Assembly: GCF_000013905.1 (NCBI RefSeq)
Contig: NC_007969.1
Span: 780,001 to 812,000, forward strand
Source: Psychrobacter cryohalolentis K5
Lineage (GTDB): Bacteria; Pseudomonadota; Gammaproteobacteria; Pseudomonadales; Moraxellaceae
DNA length: 32,000 bases
Direction of reading: 5' to 3'
In this document: piece by piece, positions 1-9,630 of the stretch
Numbering within the stretch: the first letter of the stretch is position 1
Layout of the letters: each line of letters begins with the position of its first letter
The notes under the pieces: model-generated
The model's input: the letters and a program-made list of their open reading frames with translations, nothing else
Told to the model about the DNA's origin: nothing
The model's database searches: none
Made by a program: the position numbers and the translations under genes

Positions 1-41
1 CTTCATGATAAAAGCATTATTTCAAAATGCTATCATTGTGC

Positions 42-1208
42 TTAAAATAAGTTCTGGGTCCAACGAGAAAAACGTTGCCAGATACGGCTCATAAAACCTG
101 ATTGCTCAATGTCGCTTGTCGCAATCACAGGCACAGAAGCCACTGCTTTGCCATCTATCACAGCCATCATTTTACCGATTTCTTGACCCTTTTTGATAGG
201 CGCTTCTAAGCTTTCAGGAATATCGACCACAGTAGTGATTTTATTCTTTTGTGTTTTAGTGGTCAAAATCTGCAAATTATCACCAGTCGCTACTTCTATC
301 TCTTTTGCTTCACCAAACCAGACAGGAACTTTGCTGACAAACTGACCAGCAGGTGCTTGAGTAACCGTTGTGAAGTGACCAAAACCCCAATTGAGCAACT
401 CACGCGACTGATCAGCACGTGCTTGCTGACTTTCAGTGCCCATAATGACAGAGATTAGGCGCATACCTTCACGGTTGCTTGAGGCTGCTAAGCAATACCC
501 AGCTGCATCCGTATGTCCTGTTTTTAGACCATCAACAGTAGGGTCGGTGGCCAGTAGGGCATTACGATTACCTTGAGTAATACCGTTATAGGTAAACTCT
601 TTTTCTGAATAAATGCTGTAGTAATCGCCGCTGTTTTTGATAATGGCGCGTGATAGCTTGGCCAAATCTAGAGCAGATGCTTGGTGACCCTCATCAGGCA
701 TACCAGTAGAGTTGACGAAATGGGTATTCTTCATACCAATCTTTTGCGCTTGCTCATTCATCAAGATAGCAAACGATGCTTCGCTACCAGCGATATGCTC
801 AGCCATTGCTTTTGAGGCGTCATTACCTGATTGAATAATAATACCGCGTAGCATATCTATAACACTCGCGCTCTTATTCACCGGTACATACATGCACGAC
901 TGGCTACTACTGCCGCGGCACCAAGCACTTGGACTCATCAATACCTGATCGGTTTCTTTGAGATCGCCTGAAGCTAAGCGCTGTTCAATGATGTAACTGG
1001 TCATCATTTTGGTCAAAGATGCTGGCGGCAAGGCTTGATTGGCATTTTTCTGTGCCAAAATTTCACCCGTGTTATAGTCCATTAATACATACGCAGTATT
1101 TGCCATCTCAGGCGGCTGTATGGCTGCACTTGCCATCACTGCACCCATAGAAATACTGACACCCACTACCAGCTGCACCAGCTGTTTTTTCACACGCTTT
1201 ACTGTCAT
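42..1208 (-). CDS. D-alanyl-D-alanine carboxypeptidase, peptidase S11 (PBP5/6 class)
   Basis: 388-aa ORF with an N-terminal signal peptide (KKQLVQLVVGVSISMGAVMASAA). It carries the three penicillin-binding motifs SLTK (SxxK), SGN and KTG in the correct order, plus the C-terminal PBP5-type domain. Confidence 0.9.
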   Translation of the reverse strand: MTVKRVKKQLVQLVVGVSISMGAVMASAAIQPPEMANTAYVLMDYNTGEILAQKNANQALPPASLTKMMTSYIIEQRLASGDLKETDQVLMSPSAWCRGSSSQSCMYVPVNKSASVIDMLRGIIIQSGNDASKAMAEHIAGSEASFAILMNEQAQKIGMKNTHFVNSTGMPDEGHQASALDLAKLSRAIIKNSGDYYSIYSEKEFTYNGITQGNRNALLATDPTVDGLKTGHTDAAGYCLAASSNREGMRLISVIMGTESQQARADQSRELLNWGFGHFTTVTQAPAGQFVSKVPVWFGEAKEIEVATGDNLQILTTKTQKNKITTVVDIPESLEAPIKKGQEIGKMMAVIDGKAVASVPVIATSDIEQSGFMSRIWQRFSRWTQNLF

Positions 1209-1462
1209 AGATTGTTACACCGCATCATAAAACCAAATGTATCTGTCACTTGTCCCCAACACCATACCTTTACACAATCTTTGGCAGACTATGTTAAATC
1301 TCAGGTTAAACCATAGATTTTTTGAGAGTAGAGGAAACTAAAGCAACGGACATAAAATTAACGCCTTATCTTAGCAAAATGCCGCCCGATGGGGAAACGA
1401 TAAATACAATAAAATAAGACGTTATTAAAAATAAAGCGAATAATTTTATAAACTTCACTCAT

Positions 1463-1515
1463 AAAAAAGCTTGCTGCTATCCTTATTAAATAATAGGGAT
1501 GGCAGCAAGCTTTTT
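1463..1515. terminator. Long bidirectional hairpin terminator
   Basis: 19-nt arms: gcttgctgctatccttatt (1469-1487) and aatagggatggcagcaagc (1492-1510), with two T/G positions. An A-run (1463-1468) and a T-run (1511-1515) flank the stem. It lies downstream of the minus-strand gene ending at 1701. Confidence 0.6.
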
Positions 1516-1700
1516 GTAGCGAGTCATCTAAATAAACATTCAGCACTGGCTTATATAATACTTATTTGACCACTTTATACAGATATTAAAGAGATAAGAA
1601 AGTAGATTGTTATCATTAATTATGGCGATCTTTACCTCTTTAACCTCTTACTATGGCTTAAAAACGTATTTCGATAACATAGCGTATCAATAAAGGGCTA

Positions 1701-2138
1701 CTACTGATATTCAGCATTCGCTAAATCTTCACACAATGCTTTATTGTCTTGCTTAGAAAATCCCATCGTCCAGCTACGAATACCTTGCAGAATTTGACGA
1801 TAATCTTGCTGAGTAGATAAGTACTGGATAGCTGCTTTTGGGTCTTCTAATGATGGCATCAACTCATGAAGCTGCACGTTATAAGACTTATAAAAACGTT
1901 GCTTTTGCTTACCATTTAGCATCGGCGGGCATATCTCTGACAGCACTTGCATAACCGCAATTTCATGTTTTGTGATATTGATACCAGATAAATCTAAAGG
2001 TATGGTCGTCGCAGAATTGGGTGCAGCATTTGTGGCTTGAGACAGCATCGCAATAGATGTTATCAATGCTGCTAGCCCGACTTTTGAGGCACTTCTTGCC
2101 AATACAGAAGTCATAGATAATATCGATTGATTTTTCAT
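1701..2138 (-). CDS. Hypothetical secreted or periplasmic protein (145 aa)
   Basis: Clean ORF with a signal-peptide-like N-terminus (…LAALITSIAMLSQATNAAP). I recognise no catalytic motif. The overlapping 61-aa ORF at 1963-2148 is judged spurious. Confidence 0.55.
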   Translation of the reverse strand: MKNQSILSMTSVLARSASKVGLAALITSIAMLSQATNAAPNSATTIPLDLSGINITKHEIAVMQVLSEICPPMLNGKQKQRFYKSYNVQLHELMPSLEDPKAAIQYLSTQQDYRQILQGIRSWTMGFSKQDNKALCEDLANAEYQ

Positions 2139-2655
2139 TCAGTATCACACTCGCTTATCTTTATTTAATGGTGCTATGTTAATGGGTAAAAAAACAAATG
2201 TCACATAAAATATTGATTTATGTGTAGAGATATTGTGAGCTAAATCAGGTCTCCAGCAACATAGCCGTATTATAAACCGGTAAGTTACCTCAACATAAAA
2301 GTATAAGTTGTAAATGTTGTGGGTTGTAGCCTACTGTAACCTCAGCGCAGGTTTTTAATGATGAAAAATAGGAGTCTTGCTCTGGGCAAATCATTCAATA
2401 AACTACGTTATTATGCAAATTATGTATGAAGAGTGGGTTCGTCTCAATAGTCTATTAGGGTATAATCGCCCGAAATAATCATAGCTATTTACTATGCAAA
2501 CAGACATAGATGAGCAGTATAAACAACTGATATAGCTTTGATTATTATGCTTTTAAGTAGAATGACCTTAGTGCCAATAGCGGTGATTATAGCAACTTTA
2601 CGCAAATAACGTAGATAAGTGGATGAACGGTCATTCATAAATAGATTGAGTAAAT

Positions 2656-3465
2656 ATGAAGATTTTAATGAGCAATGACGATGGGGTTTATGCACCAGGT
2701 TTGCTGGCACTATATGAGGCATTATCTACTATGGCCGAGGTCATGGTTGTCGCGCCAAATAGCGAGCAAAGTGGCTGCGCCAGTGCATTAAGTATCACCA
2801 CACCCTTATATACGCATCAATTGCCTTCTGGTTTTATTGCTGTCAATGGCACACCAGCTGACTGTATCTATCTGGCATTAAACGAAATATATTCTGACAC
2901 GGATTTTGATTGTGTGATTACGGGGATCAATTCAGGTGCCAATCTTGGTCAAGACGTTTTGTTTTCAGGCACTTTTGGGGCGGCATTAACCGCTCAGTTA
3001 TTTGGTATACCCGCTATTGCGACCTCATTGGTAGGCGGTGGGGCAAAAAGCAGTGAGCAGGAATGTGAGCGTCATTATCAAATGGCAGCAAGTGAGATTG
3101 TGAAATTATTGACAGATACGCCAATATTGGATATTTGCAAAAATTTGCCCTATCACGTATTAAACGTTAATATTCCTGATGTGAGTAATGCTGATGAGAT
3201 TAACGGTCGCAAAATGACAGTTTTGGGGCATAGGAAGATAGCGCGTCCTGTCCACCATGTGGTAGATCCACGCGGGCGAGATGCATATTGGTTATCACTA
3301 CGCAAGCGTCAGGATATATGGGCAGATAATACTGATCATGTTTCGTCTGGTACTACTATGACTGATGATCAAGCGGTTGCCGCAGGTTACATCAGTCTAT
3401 CGCCTGTACGTTTGCACCATACGCCAGCCGCCACACTCGATATGCTATCAGCGTTAATGCTGTAA
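2656..3465 (+). CDS. surE: 5'/3'-nucleotidase SurE
   Basis: The N-terminus MKILMSNDDGVYAPGL contains the SurE signature (NDDG). Also present are GTPADC and INSGANLG motifs, at a length typical of the family. It is followed by an nlpD-like gene, as in the classical surE-(pcm)-nlpD neighbourhood. Confidence 0.93.
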   Translation: MKILMSNDDGVYAPGLLALYEALSTMAEVMVVAPNSEQSGCASALSITTPLYTHQLPSGFIAVNGTPADCIYLALNEIYSDTDFDCVITGINSGANLGQDVLFSGTFGAALTAQLFGIPAIATSLVGGGAKSSEQECERHYQMAASEIVKLLTDTPILDICKNLPYHVLNVNIPDVSNADEINGRKMTVLGHRKIARPVHHVVDPRGRDAYWLSLRKRQDIWADNTDHVSSGTTMTDDQAVAAGYISLSPVRLHHTPAATLDMLSALML

Positions 3466-3588
3466 GATGAATCGAATATTGATGATGGCAGCTAAGATAG
3501 CTAAACACTTAAACGGTATAACAGTTAGCAAAATGCTTGTGAGTCACACAAGGAGTTTGTACGTAACATAAAGAATAGGAAATCTTGT

Positions 3589-4401
3589 ATGAAGAAGCTT
3601 ATTGCTGGATCGCGATTTATCACGGTGGCATTGCTGGGCACGATGGCGGCTGCCACAGTAACGATGGTAGGTTGCGCCACCAAACCCACTTACCAATCAG
3701 CCAACCAAGCGGGACCGAAGATTATTACCAATAATCAAGGGGTTCCTAACTATCATCGTGTGCAGCGCGGCGATACGGTCAGTCAAGTGGCGGCGCGCTA
3801 TAATCTCAATTACCGTCAAATTGGTTCACTGAATGGCCTAGACAGTAAATACACCATTTATAGTGGTCAGTGGCTCAAACTATGGCAAGGTGAGCCGGCA
3901 AGCGCTAATAATAGTAATCGCTACAACGCTTCGAACAATGACTCTGCACCTACACAGCCAACCTATACACCGCCTGTGAGCAGCACGCCTAACTATTCAC
4001 AACCGCCCGTCTATGAAGTGACTGCCAATGCAACGTCAGGCTATGAGTATCCGACTCGCAATCAAATAACCCGCAATTTCGATGCAGCATCTAGCACGAT
4101 GGGCATGTGGTTTGCTGGTAACGTAGGTGATCCAGTGCAAGCAAGTCAATCAGGTACGGTTCTTTATTCGGGTAACGGTCTGCCAGAGTATGGCAACTTG
4201 ATTATGATTCGTCATAGTGACAACTATATCACTGCTTATGCCCATAACAGCCAGCTGTTAGTGAAAGAGGGCGATAGCGTTCAGCGTGGTCAACGTATCG
4301 CAAATATGGGTAATAGTGGTCAGACCAATCAAGTGGGTTTGGAATTTCAAGTACGCTTAAATGGCAACCCTATCGATCCACGAGCGGTACTAGGGCGTTA
4401 A
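3589..4401 (+). CDS. nlpD: LysM plus M23 peptidase lipoprotein (NlpD-like murein hydrolase activator)
   Basis: Lipobox TMVGC at the N-terminus and a LysM segment (YHRVQRGDTVSQVAARYNL…LNGL). A low-complexity N/S/P/T linker follows. The C-terminal M23 core reads GNLIMIRHSDNYITAYAHNSQLLVKEGDSVQRGQRIANMGNSG. An AGGAA RBS lies upstream. Confidence 0.88.
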   Translation: MKKLIAGSRFITVALLGTMAAATVTMVGCATKPTYQSANQAGPKIITNNQGVPNYHRVQRGDTVSQVAARYNLNYRQIGSLNGLDSKYTIYSGQWLKLWQGEPASANNSNRYNASNNDSAPTQPTYTPPVSSTPNYSQPPVYEVTANATSGYEYPTRNQITRNFDAASSTMGMWFAGNVGDPVQASQSGTVLYSGNGLPEYGNLIMIRHSDNYITAYAHNSQLLVKEGDSVQRGQRIANMGNSGQTNQVGLEFQVRLNGNPIDPRAVLGR

Positions 4402-4477
4402 ATTTATTATTGTTTGGCAATTAAATGGAATTATCTAAGCCACATTGCACCTTACTTACGGATACTTGAGACCTCTT

Positions 4478-5779
4478 ATGCGATTAAATAAACACTACCT
4501 TGCCTTTTTCCCTGCCTTAGTAATGGTTGGTTGTACCAGTCAGCAGGCGATGCAGCAACCTAATAAGCCAGTTCGTCAAGGTAATGTGCAAATTACCCAG
4601 ACTCAAACCATTCAAGTGAAGCCGACTCCAGCACCGGTCATTAAACCAACACCCGCAAAGCCAAGCTACAATAGTTTTTCTGATTGGAAGTCTGATTTTT
4701 CTATGCGTGCCATTTCATCAGGTCATGATGCTGCTACGGTTCGTCGTCTGCTCGATTCTGCGTATTTAAATCAACAAGTCATCTCGCTTGATTCAGGACA
4801 GCCAGAGTTTTCAAAAATGCCATGGGAATATGTCGATTCTGCGGTATCAGATGGTCGCGTCAGTACTGGCAAGCGTAAGTTCGCTGAGCAACGCACGTAT
4901 TTATCGCAGTTACAGTCGCAATATGGCGTCAATGCAGAAATCATTGCAGCGATTTGGGGCATGGAGTCGTCATACGGCGTAGTAACAGGTAATAGTAGTA
5001 TTCCAAGCTCGCTAGCTAGCCTTGCTTATGATGGGCGCCGTCAAGAATTTGCCGAAACTCAGCTATTATCACTAGCGACACTATTACAGCGCGGCGATGT
5101 GTCTTGGTCACAGCTCGACGGCTCTTGGGCAGGCGGTATGGGGCAGACGCAGTTTATCCCTGATACCTGGCTTAAACATGGCGTTGACGGTGATGGTAAT
5201 GGACATCGCAATCCATGGTCGACGGGCGACGCCTTGGCATCTACTGCTAATTATCTGAGCAATTCAGGTTGGGTACGTGGTTTGGCACCATTTTATGAAG
5301 CAACCATTCCGTCATCATTTGATTACACACTGGTTGGTACTAAGCAGCCTGCTGCTAGATGGGCGTCAATGGGCGTCGATACCATAGCCGATGTGTCCTT
5401 GGATGGTAACACTCAAATGGAGTTGTGGCTGCCAGCGGGTAAAGACGGTCCAGTACTGCTACTCAGTCCAAATTTTGATGTCATAAAAGTCTATAACAAT
5501 TCATCAAGCTATGCCCTTGGTGTTAGCTTACTGGGTAAAGCGCTGATTGGACAAGGCGGTTTGCAAAAGTCATGGCCGCGTTATGAGCGTCCGTTATCAA
5601 CGTCGCAAGTACGCAATTTACAACAGCGTTTGACAAGCTCAGGCTACGATACAAAAGGCTCTGATGGTATCGTAGGTACCAATACTCGCAATGCATTCCA
5701 GCGCTGGCAAGCAGCCAACGGTCAAACGCCAGATGGTTTTATTACTCAGCGTAGCGCGTCTTCATTGGCTGGGTGGTGA
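4478..5779 (+). CDS. Lytic murein transglycosylase (MltB/SLT_2 family) with a C-terminal peptidoglycan-binding domain
   Basis: The ORF is open from 4445, but the ATG at 4478 gives a lipoprotein signal (MRLNKHYLAFFPALVMVGC). The catalytic region reads AIWGMESSYG … GQTQFIP. The C-terminal PG_binding_1-like repeat reads VRNLQQRLTSSGYDTKGSDGIVGTNTRNAFQRWQ. Confidence 0.85.
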   Translation: MRLNKHYLAFFPALVMVGCTSQQAMQQPNKPVRQGNVQITQTQTIQVKPTPAPVIKPTPAKPSYNSFSDWKSDFSMRAISSGHDAATVRRLLDSAYLNQQVISLDSGQPEFSKMPWEYVDSAVSDGRVSTGKRKFAEQRTYLSQLQSQYGVNAEIIAAIWGMESSYGVVTGNSSIPSSLASLAYDGRRQEFAETQLLSLATLLQRGDVSWSQLDGSWAGGMGQTQFIPDTWLKHGVDGDGNGHRNPWSTGDALASTANYLSNSGWVRGLAPFYEATIPSSFDYTLVGTKQPAARWASMGVDTIADVSLDGNTQMELWLPAGKDGPVLLLSPNFDVIKVYNNSSSYALGVSLLGKALIGQGGLQKSWPRYERPLSTSQVRNLQQRLTSSGYDTKGSDGIVGTNTRNAFQRWQAANGQTPDGFITQRSASSLAGW

Positions 5780-5852
5780 GATAGGTTGAAATCACTATTT
5801 TTGGATAATCGTTGTTTTCAAAGGTTGTTTAAAAATAACGATGTTACTAAAT

Positions 5853-5884
5853 AAAAAAAACTCCGTTTTATAACGGAGTTTTTC
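5853..5884. terminator. Bidirectional rho-independent terminator between the transglycosylase gene (+) and lpxH (-)
   Basis: Sequence aaaaaaaa-ctccgtt-ttat-aacggag-ttttt: a 7-bp stem flanked by an A-run and a T-run. Confidence 0.75.
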
Positions 5885-5925
5885 ATTGTATAAGGATAAC
5901 AGCAGCAGTTTTGATGTTTAGGTAT

Positions 5926-6774
5926 TTAAATAGTAATGTTAAATTCAAATAAGTTAAACTCTGCACTCTCAGCAATAATACCTTCATCTACGCTTGCTGT
6001 AATCGCACCAATCACGGCACTCACTTTTTGCTGTCGCTTGTCCTTATTTAACAGTCGCCAATCACCAAGGACATAGCGAGTTTTACCCTCATTACTTTGG
6101 TGGATTTCAGGACGATGGGTATGACCATGTAGTAGAGCGTCAAAGCGATAAATAGCTTTATTCACTGCTGCTTCATTAACATCCATGATATGAGCCGCTT
6201 TATTGGCATTATTTTGCTGACTCTTTTGCCGCATATTATCAGCAATCGCCAAGCGTTTCTCTAACGATTTATTAAGCAAATACCACTGCGTCAAACGATT
6301 ACGCATTACTTTACGAAAAAACTGATACTTTTTGTCATCAACGCATAGTGCATCACCGTGTTCTAAGCGATAGTTTTGCTGTCCAACGGTTAATGTATAC
6401 GGCTCATAAATAAGCTCGCCACCGAATATATTACAAAATGGCTGCCCTAACAAAAAATCGCGGTTGCCGTGCATGACCAAAATCTCGCAGCCAGCTATGC
6501 GCAGTTTTTTTAATTTAATGATAAGTGGTGTGAGCCAATGTTTTTGTCGTTCCTCTTCGGATAAAGACAAATAAAAATCATCCCCAAGCCAGACTTCAAA
6601 CCAGTCACCTAATATAAATAGGCGTTTTAGCGCAGGCAGAGCAAGGCAATCATCAAGCAGCGCCAAAAAAGCCTGCACTAAGGCAGGCTCTTCAGGCGAT
6701 AAATGCAAATCGCTAATCAATACTTGTCGCACCTCATGAGGGCGGGTGGTAATTAGATGGCTGAAACTTTGCAT
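5926..6774 (-). CDS. lpxH: UDP-2,3-diacylglucosamine diphosphatase LpxH
   Basis: Calcineurin-like metallophosphoesterase motifs in LpxH order: ISDLHL, GDWFEVWLGDD, HGNRD and GHTHRP. It sits adjacent to ppiB as in E. coli. It is about 40 aa longer than E. coli LpxH because of a Q/N-rich internal segment and a C-terminal tail. Confidence 0.9.
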   Translation of the reverse strand: MQSFSHLITTRPHEVRQVLISDLHLSPEEPALVQAFLALLDDCLALPALKRLFILGDWFEVWLGDDFYLSLSEEERQKHWLTPLIIKLKKLRIAGCEILVMHGNRDFLLGQPFCNIFGGELIYEPYTLTVGQQNYRLEHGDALCVDDKKYQFFRKVMRNRLTQWYLLNKSLEKRLAIADNMRQKSQQNNANKAAHIMDVNEAAVNKAIYRFDALLHGHTHRPEIHQSNEGKTRYVLGDWRLLNKDKRQQKVSAVIGAITASVDEGIIAESAEFNLFEFNITI

Positions 6775-6861
6775 TTATCCTTATCCTCATAACTTTAAAC
6801 AGTAACGACTCATAAGCTTTCACTGATTCATCGCTACTGAGTAATAACTATTGAAGAATGA

Positions 6862-7377
6862 TTACTGAGTGATGATGGTGGCTGAATTGATAACCACTGG
6901 CTCTTTTGGTACATCAGCATGCATGCCGAAACGACCGGTTGGGACGCCACGCATTTTTTCGATGACGTCCATACCGCTTGTTACTTTACCAAATACGGTA
7001 TAACCCCAACCTTGCATGTTTTTGCCAGAATGGTTTAAGAAGTCATTGTCTTTTACGTTGACAAAAAATTGGCTAGTCGCTGAATGTGGATCTTGCGTAC
7101 GCGCCATAGCAATCGTGCCAGCGTCGTTCTTTAAACCGTTATCTGCTTCGTTTTCTACTGGCTTGTTGGTGGCTTTTTCATTCATCTCAGCGTCCATTCC
7201 ACCGCCTTGAATCATAAAGCCGTCAATGATGCGATGGAAAATCGTGCCATCATAATGACCAGATTTTACGTAGTTTAAAAAGTTTTCAACGGTTTTTGGT
7301 GCTTTTTCTTCATTGAGTTCGATAACGATCGCACCCATACTGGTGTCAAGTTCTACTACTGGTGGCATGTCTACCAT
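6862..7377 (-). CDS. ppiB: Peptidyl-prolyl cis-trans isomerase B (cyclophilin type)
   Basis: Cyclophilin signatures [21 protein letters not shown] and SQFFVN. AGAGGA RBS (7387-7392) lies 9 nt upstream of the ATG at 7377. Confidence 0.93.
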   Translation of the reverse strand: MVDMPPVVELDTSMGAIVIELNEEKAPKTVENFLNYVKSGHYDGTIFHRIIDGFMIQGGGMDAEMNEKATNKPVENEADNGLKNDAGTIAMARTQDPHSATSQFFVNVKDNDFLNHSGKNMQGWGYTVFGKVTSGMDVIEKMRGVPTGRFGMHADVPKEPVVINSATIITQ

Positions 7378-7748
7378 AGGATATTCCTCTTTATTGCAGC
7401 GCCTAAAATGACGCTGTTAAGTGGTGGATAAAAAGTTGGTGGATAAAAAGTTATGGCTAGTCTAACGGCTTTTTTATCCCGTGTCATGTATCAGGCTGTT
7501 AATGCGTTTGCAAAAGCTGATAGAATAACGCAACTTTACCCATTTCTAAACGATTTTGACAAAAAGTCATCATAGCTTGGTGTTTATAACACACTGTTTT
7601 TATAACCCAAATTTTTGTAAATTGGCTTAAATTTAATGGCTGAGGCTTGTTTTACGATATCGTTTTACTTTATCAAATATTTTGAATTTTACATGAGGCG
7701 TGATGGCACGTCGTATGAATTGACCATTTGCGTTAGGAGCAATGCCCG

Positions 7749-9488
7749 ATGAGTGAGCACTCAAGCAATAATGCACAAAAAGACGAACACAAAAACGACT
7801 TTATTCGTAATATTATTCGTGATGATGTTAATGCGCAGAAATACCAACAGATTGTCACTCGTTTTCCACCTGAGCCAAATGGTTACTTGCACTTGGGACA
7901 CGTAAAGTCCATCTGCCTAAACTTTGGTGTGGCTGAGGAGTTTGGCGGCATCTGCAACCTGCGCTTTGATGACACCAACCCAACCGCAGAAAAGCAAGAC
8001 TTCATTGATAACATCGAGAATGATGTAAAATGGTTGGGCTTTGAGTGGGCAGGAGAGGCGTACCATGCCTCAGGATATTTCGACCAACTTCATGCTTGGG
8101 CGATTCAGCTGATCAAGCAAGGCGATGCTTATGTAGATTTGCAATCGCCTGAGCAAATTAAAGAAAATCGTGGCTCATTTAATGAAGCAGGCACAGCGTC
8201 ACCACATCGTAATGCCAGTGTTGAAGAAAATTTGCAACTCTTTGATGATATGAAAGAGGGCAAATATGCTGAAGGTAAAGCAGTGCTACGTGCCAAGATT
8301 GATATGGCAAGCCCTAATATGAACCTACGTGATCCTGTTATCTATCGAATTATGCATCAAGCACATCACCAAACGGGGGATAAATGGTGCATTTATCCGA
8401 TGTATGACTTTGCTCACCCGTTATCTGATGCGCTTGAAGGCATTACCCATTCATTATGTACGTTAGAGTTTGAAGACCATCGTCCATTTTATGACTGGGC
8501 AATAGAAAAAGTTGGCTTTGAGCAACCGCCGCATCAGTATGAGTTCTCTCGTCTAAATGTCGACCATACATTGACCAGTAAGCGCAAATTAAAGCAGCTG
8601 GTTGATGAAAATATCGTTAGCGGTTGGGACGATCCACGTATGCCGACGATTGCTGGCATGCGTCGCCGTGGGTATACACCAGAAGGCTTACGTGATTTCT
8701 GTGAGCGTGTTGGCGTGACCAAAGTAGACAGTGTTGTAGACTTTCGCTTATTAGAATTTAGTATTCGTCAGTCACTAGAGACGACAACTGGTCGTGGTAT
8801 GGCGGTACTTAAGCCATTAAAAGTGACCATTACCAACTTTAGCGATGCTGTTAGCAGTTGGGATTTGCAAAAGGCTGACACCGTTCAAGCACGTTTTGAC
8901 GATGCCTCGCAGACTTTATGGCTAACTCAGCCCAATCATCCCAATGTCGATATGGGTGAACGTGAAATTCCATTTACTGAGACCATTTATATTGACCAAG
9001 GCGATTATGAAATTGAGCCGCCAGCAGGTTATAAGCGTTTATCACCAGAGAAAAATGAAATTCGTCTGCGTAATACCTATGTATTGGCCGTGACGGAGCA
9101 TATTTTAGATGATAGCGGTAACGTGATTGAGCTTAAAGCAACGATTGATCCGGCGACTTTGGGCAATAATCCTGAAGGTCGTAAAGTTAAAGGCGTGATT
9201 CATTGGGTATCGGCTAGCCAAGGCGTTTCAGCAACGGTGCGCATGTATGAGCAGCTATTTAGTGTCGAAGACCCAAGTGGCGTCGCTGACGTCCATCAAG
9301 CCTTGAATCCTAACTCATTGACTGAGCTAAATGCTGTAGTTGAGCCATCATTGGTCAATGCAGACGCTGGCACGCGCTTCCAGTTTGAGCGTGAAGGTTA
9401 CTTTATCTCTGATAGCGAAGATCATAGCAGTGATAAGCCTGTCTTTAACCAAATCGTGAGCTTACGTGATAGTTATAAACCCGCTTAA
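7749..9488 (+). CDS. glnS: Glutamine--tRNA ligase
   Basis: Class I aaRS HIGH motif (PEPNGYLHLGH) and a KMSKS-type motif (LTSKRK). Also present are GlnRS-specific blocks such as RFDDTNP and YPMYDFAHPLSD. 579 aa. Confidence 0.95.
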   Translation: MSEHSSNNAQKDEHKNDFIRNIIRDDVNAQKYQQIVTRFPPEPNGYLHLGHVKSICLNFGVAEEFGGICNLRFDDTNPTAEKQDFIDNIENDVKWLGFEWAGEAYHASGYFDQLHAWAIQLIKQGDAYVDLQSPEQIKENRGSFNEAGTASPHRNASVEENLQLFDDMKEGKYAEGKAVLRAKIDMASPNMNLRDPVIYRIMHQAHHQTGDKWCIYPMYDFAHPLSDALEGITHSLCTLEFEDHRPFYDWAIEKVGFEQPPHQYEFSRLNVDHTLTSKRKLKQLVDENIVSGWDDPRMPTIAGMRRRGYTPEGLRDFCERVGVTKVDSVVDFRLLEFSIRQSLETTTGRGMAVLKPLKVTITNFSDAVSSWDLQKADTVQARFDDASQTLWLTQPNHPNVDMGEREIPFTETIYIDQGDYEIEPPAGYKRLSPEKNEIRLRNTYVLAVTEHILDDSGNVIELKATIDPATLGNNPEGRKVKGVIHWVSASQGVSATVRMYEQLFSVEDPSGVADVHQALNPNSLTELNAVVEPSLVNADAGTRFQFEREGYFISDSEDHSSDKPVFNQIVSLRDSYKPA

Positions 9489-9552
9489 TTTATCATTAGT
9501 GCAGTTCATATTTATTGTAAGAAAATACTGAACAATAGTGGTTTGCAATGTT

Positions 9553-9586
9553 GCCCATTTCTAGTACGCTAGGGATGGGCTTTTTT
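9553..9586 (+). terminator. glnS rho-independent terminator
   Basis: Arms gcccatttctag (9553-9564) and ctagggatgggc (9569-9580), loop tacg, with two G.U pairs. Followed by tttttt (9581-9586). Confidence 0.8.
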
Positions 9587-9630
9587 GTGAATAAGTATAA
9601 ATTTTAATCGTAGATGGTGAGGGTATTAAA

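Noticed and set aside
1-41. Hairpin atgataaaagcatt…aatgctatcat downstream of the DD-carboxypeptidase gene, as a possible terminator
   Set aside because: The stem is AT-rich and imperfect, and no U-tail follows on the minus strand. It is also truncated by the window edge. The evidence is too weak to list as a feature.
1358-1546. 62-aa minus-strand ORF in the dacC-upstream intergenic region
   Set aside because: It runs straight through the long terminator hairpin (1469-1510). It is extremely AT-rich and has no RBS, so it is most likely spurious.
2492-2722. 76-aa minus-strand ORF overlapping the surE start
   Set aside because: It is AT-rich and overlaps the conserved surE N-terminus. It has no RBS and no recognisable protein features.
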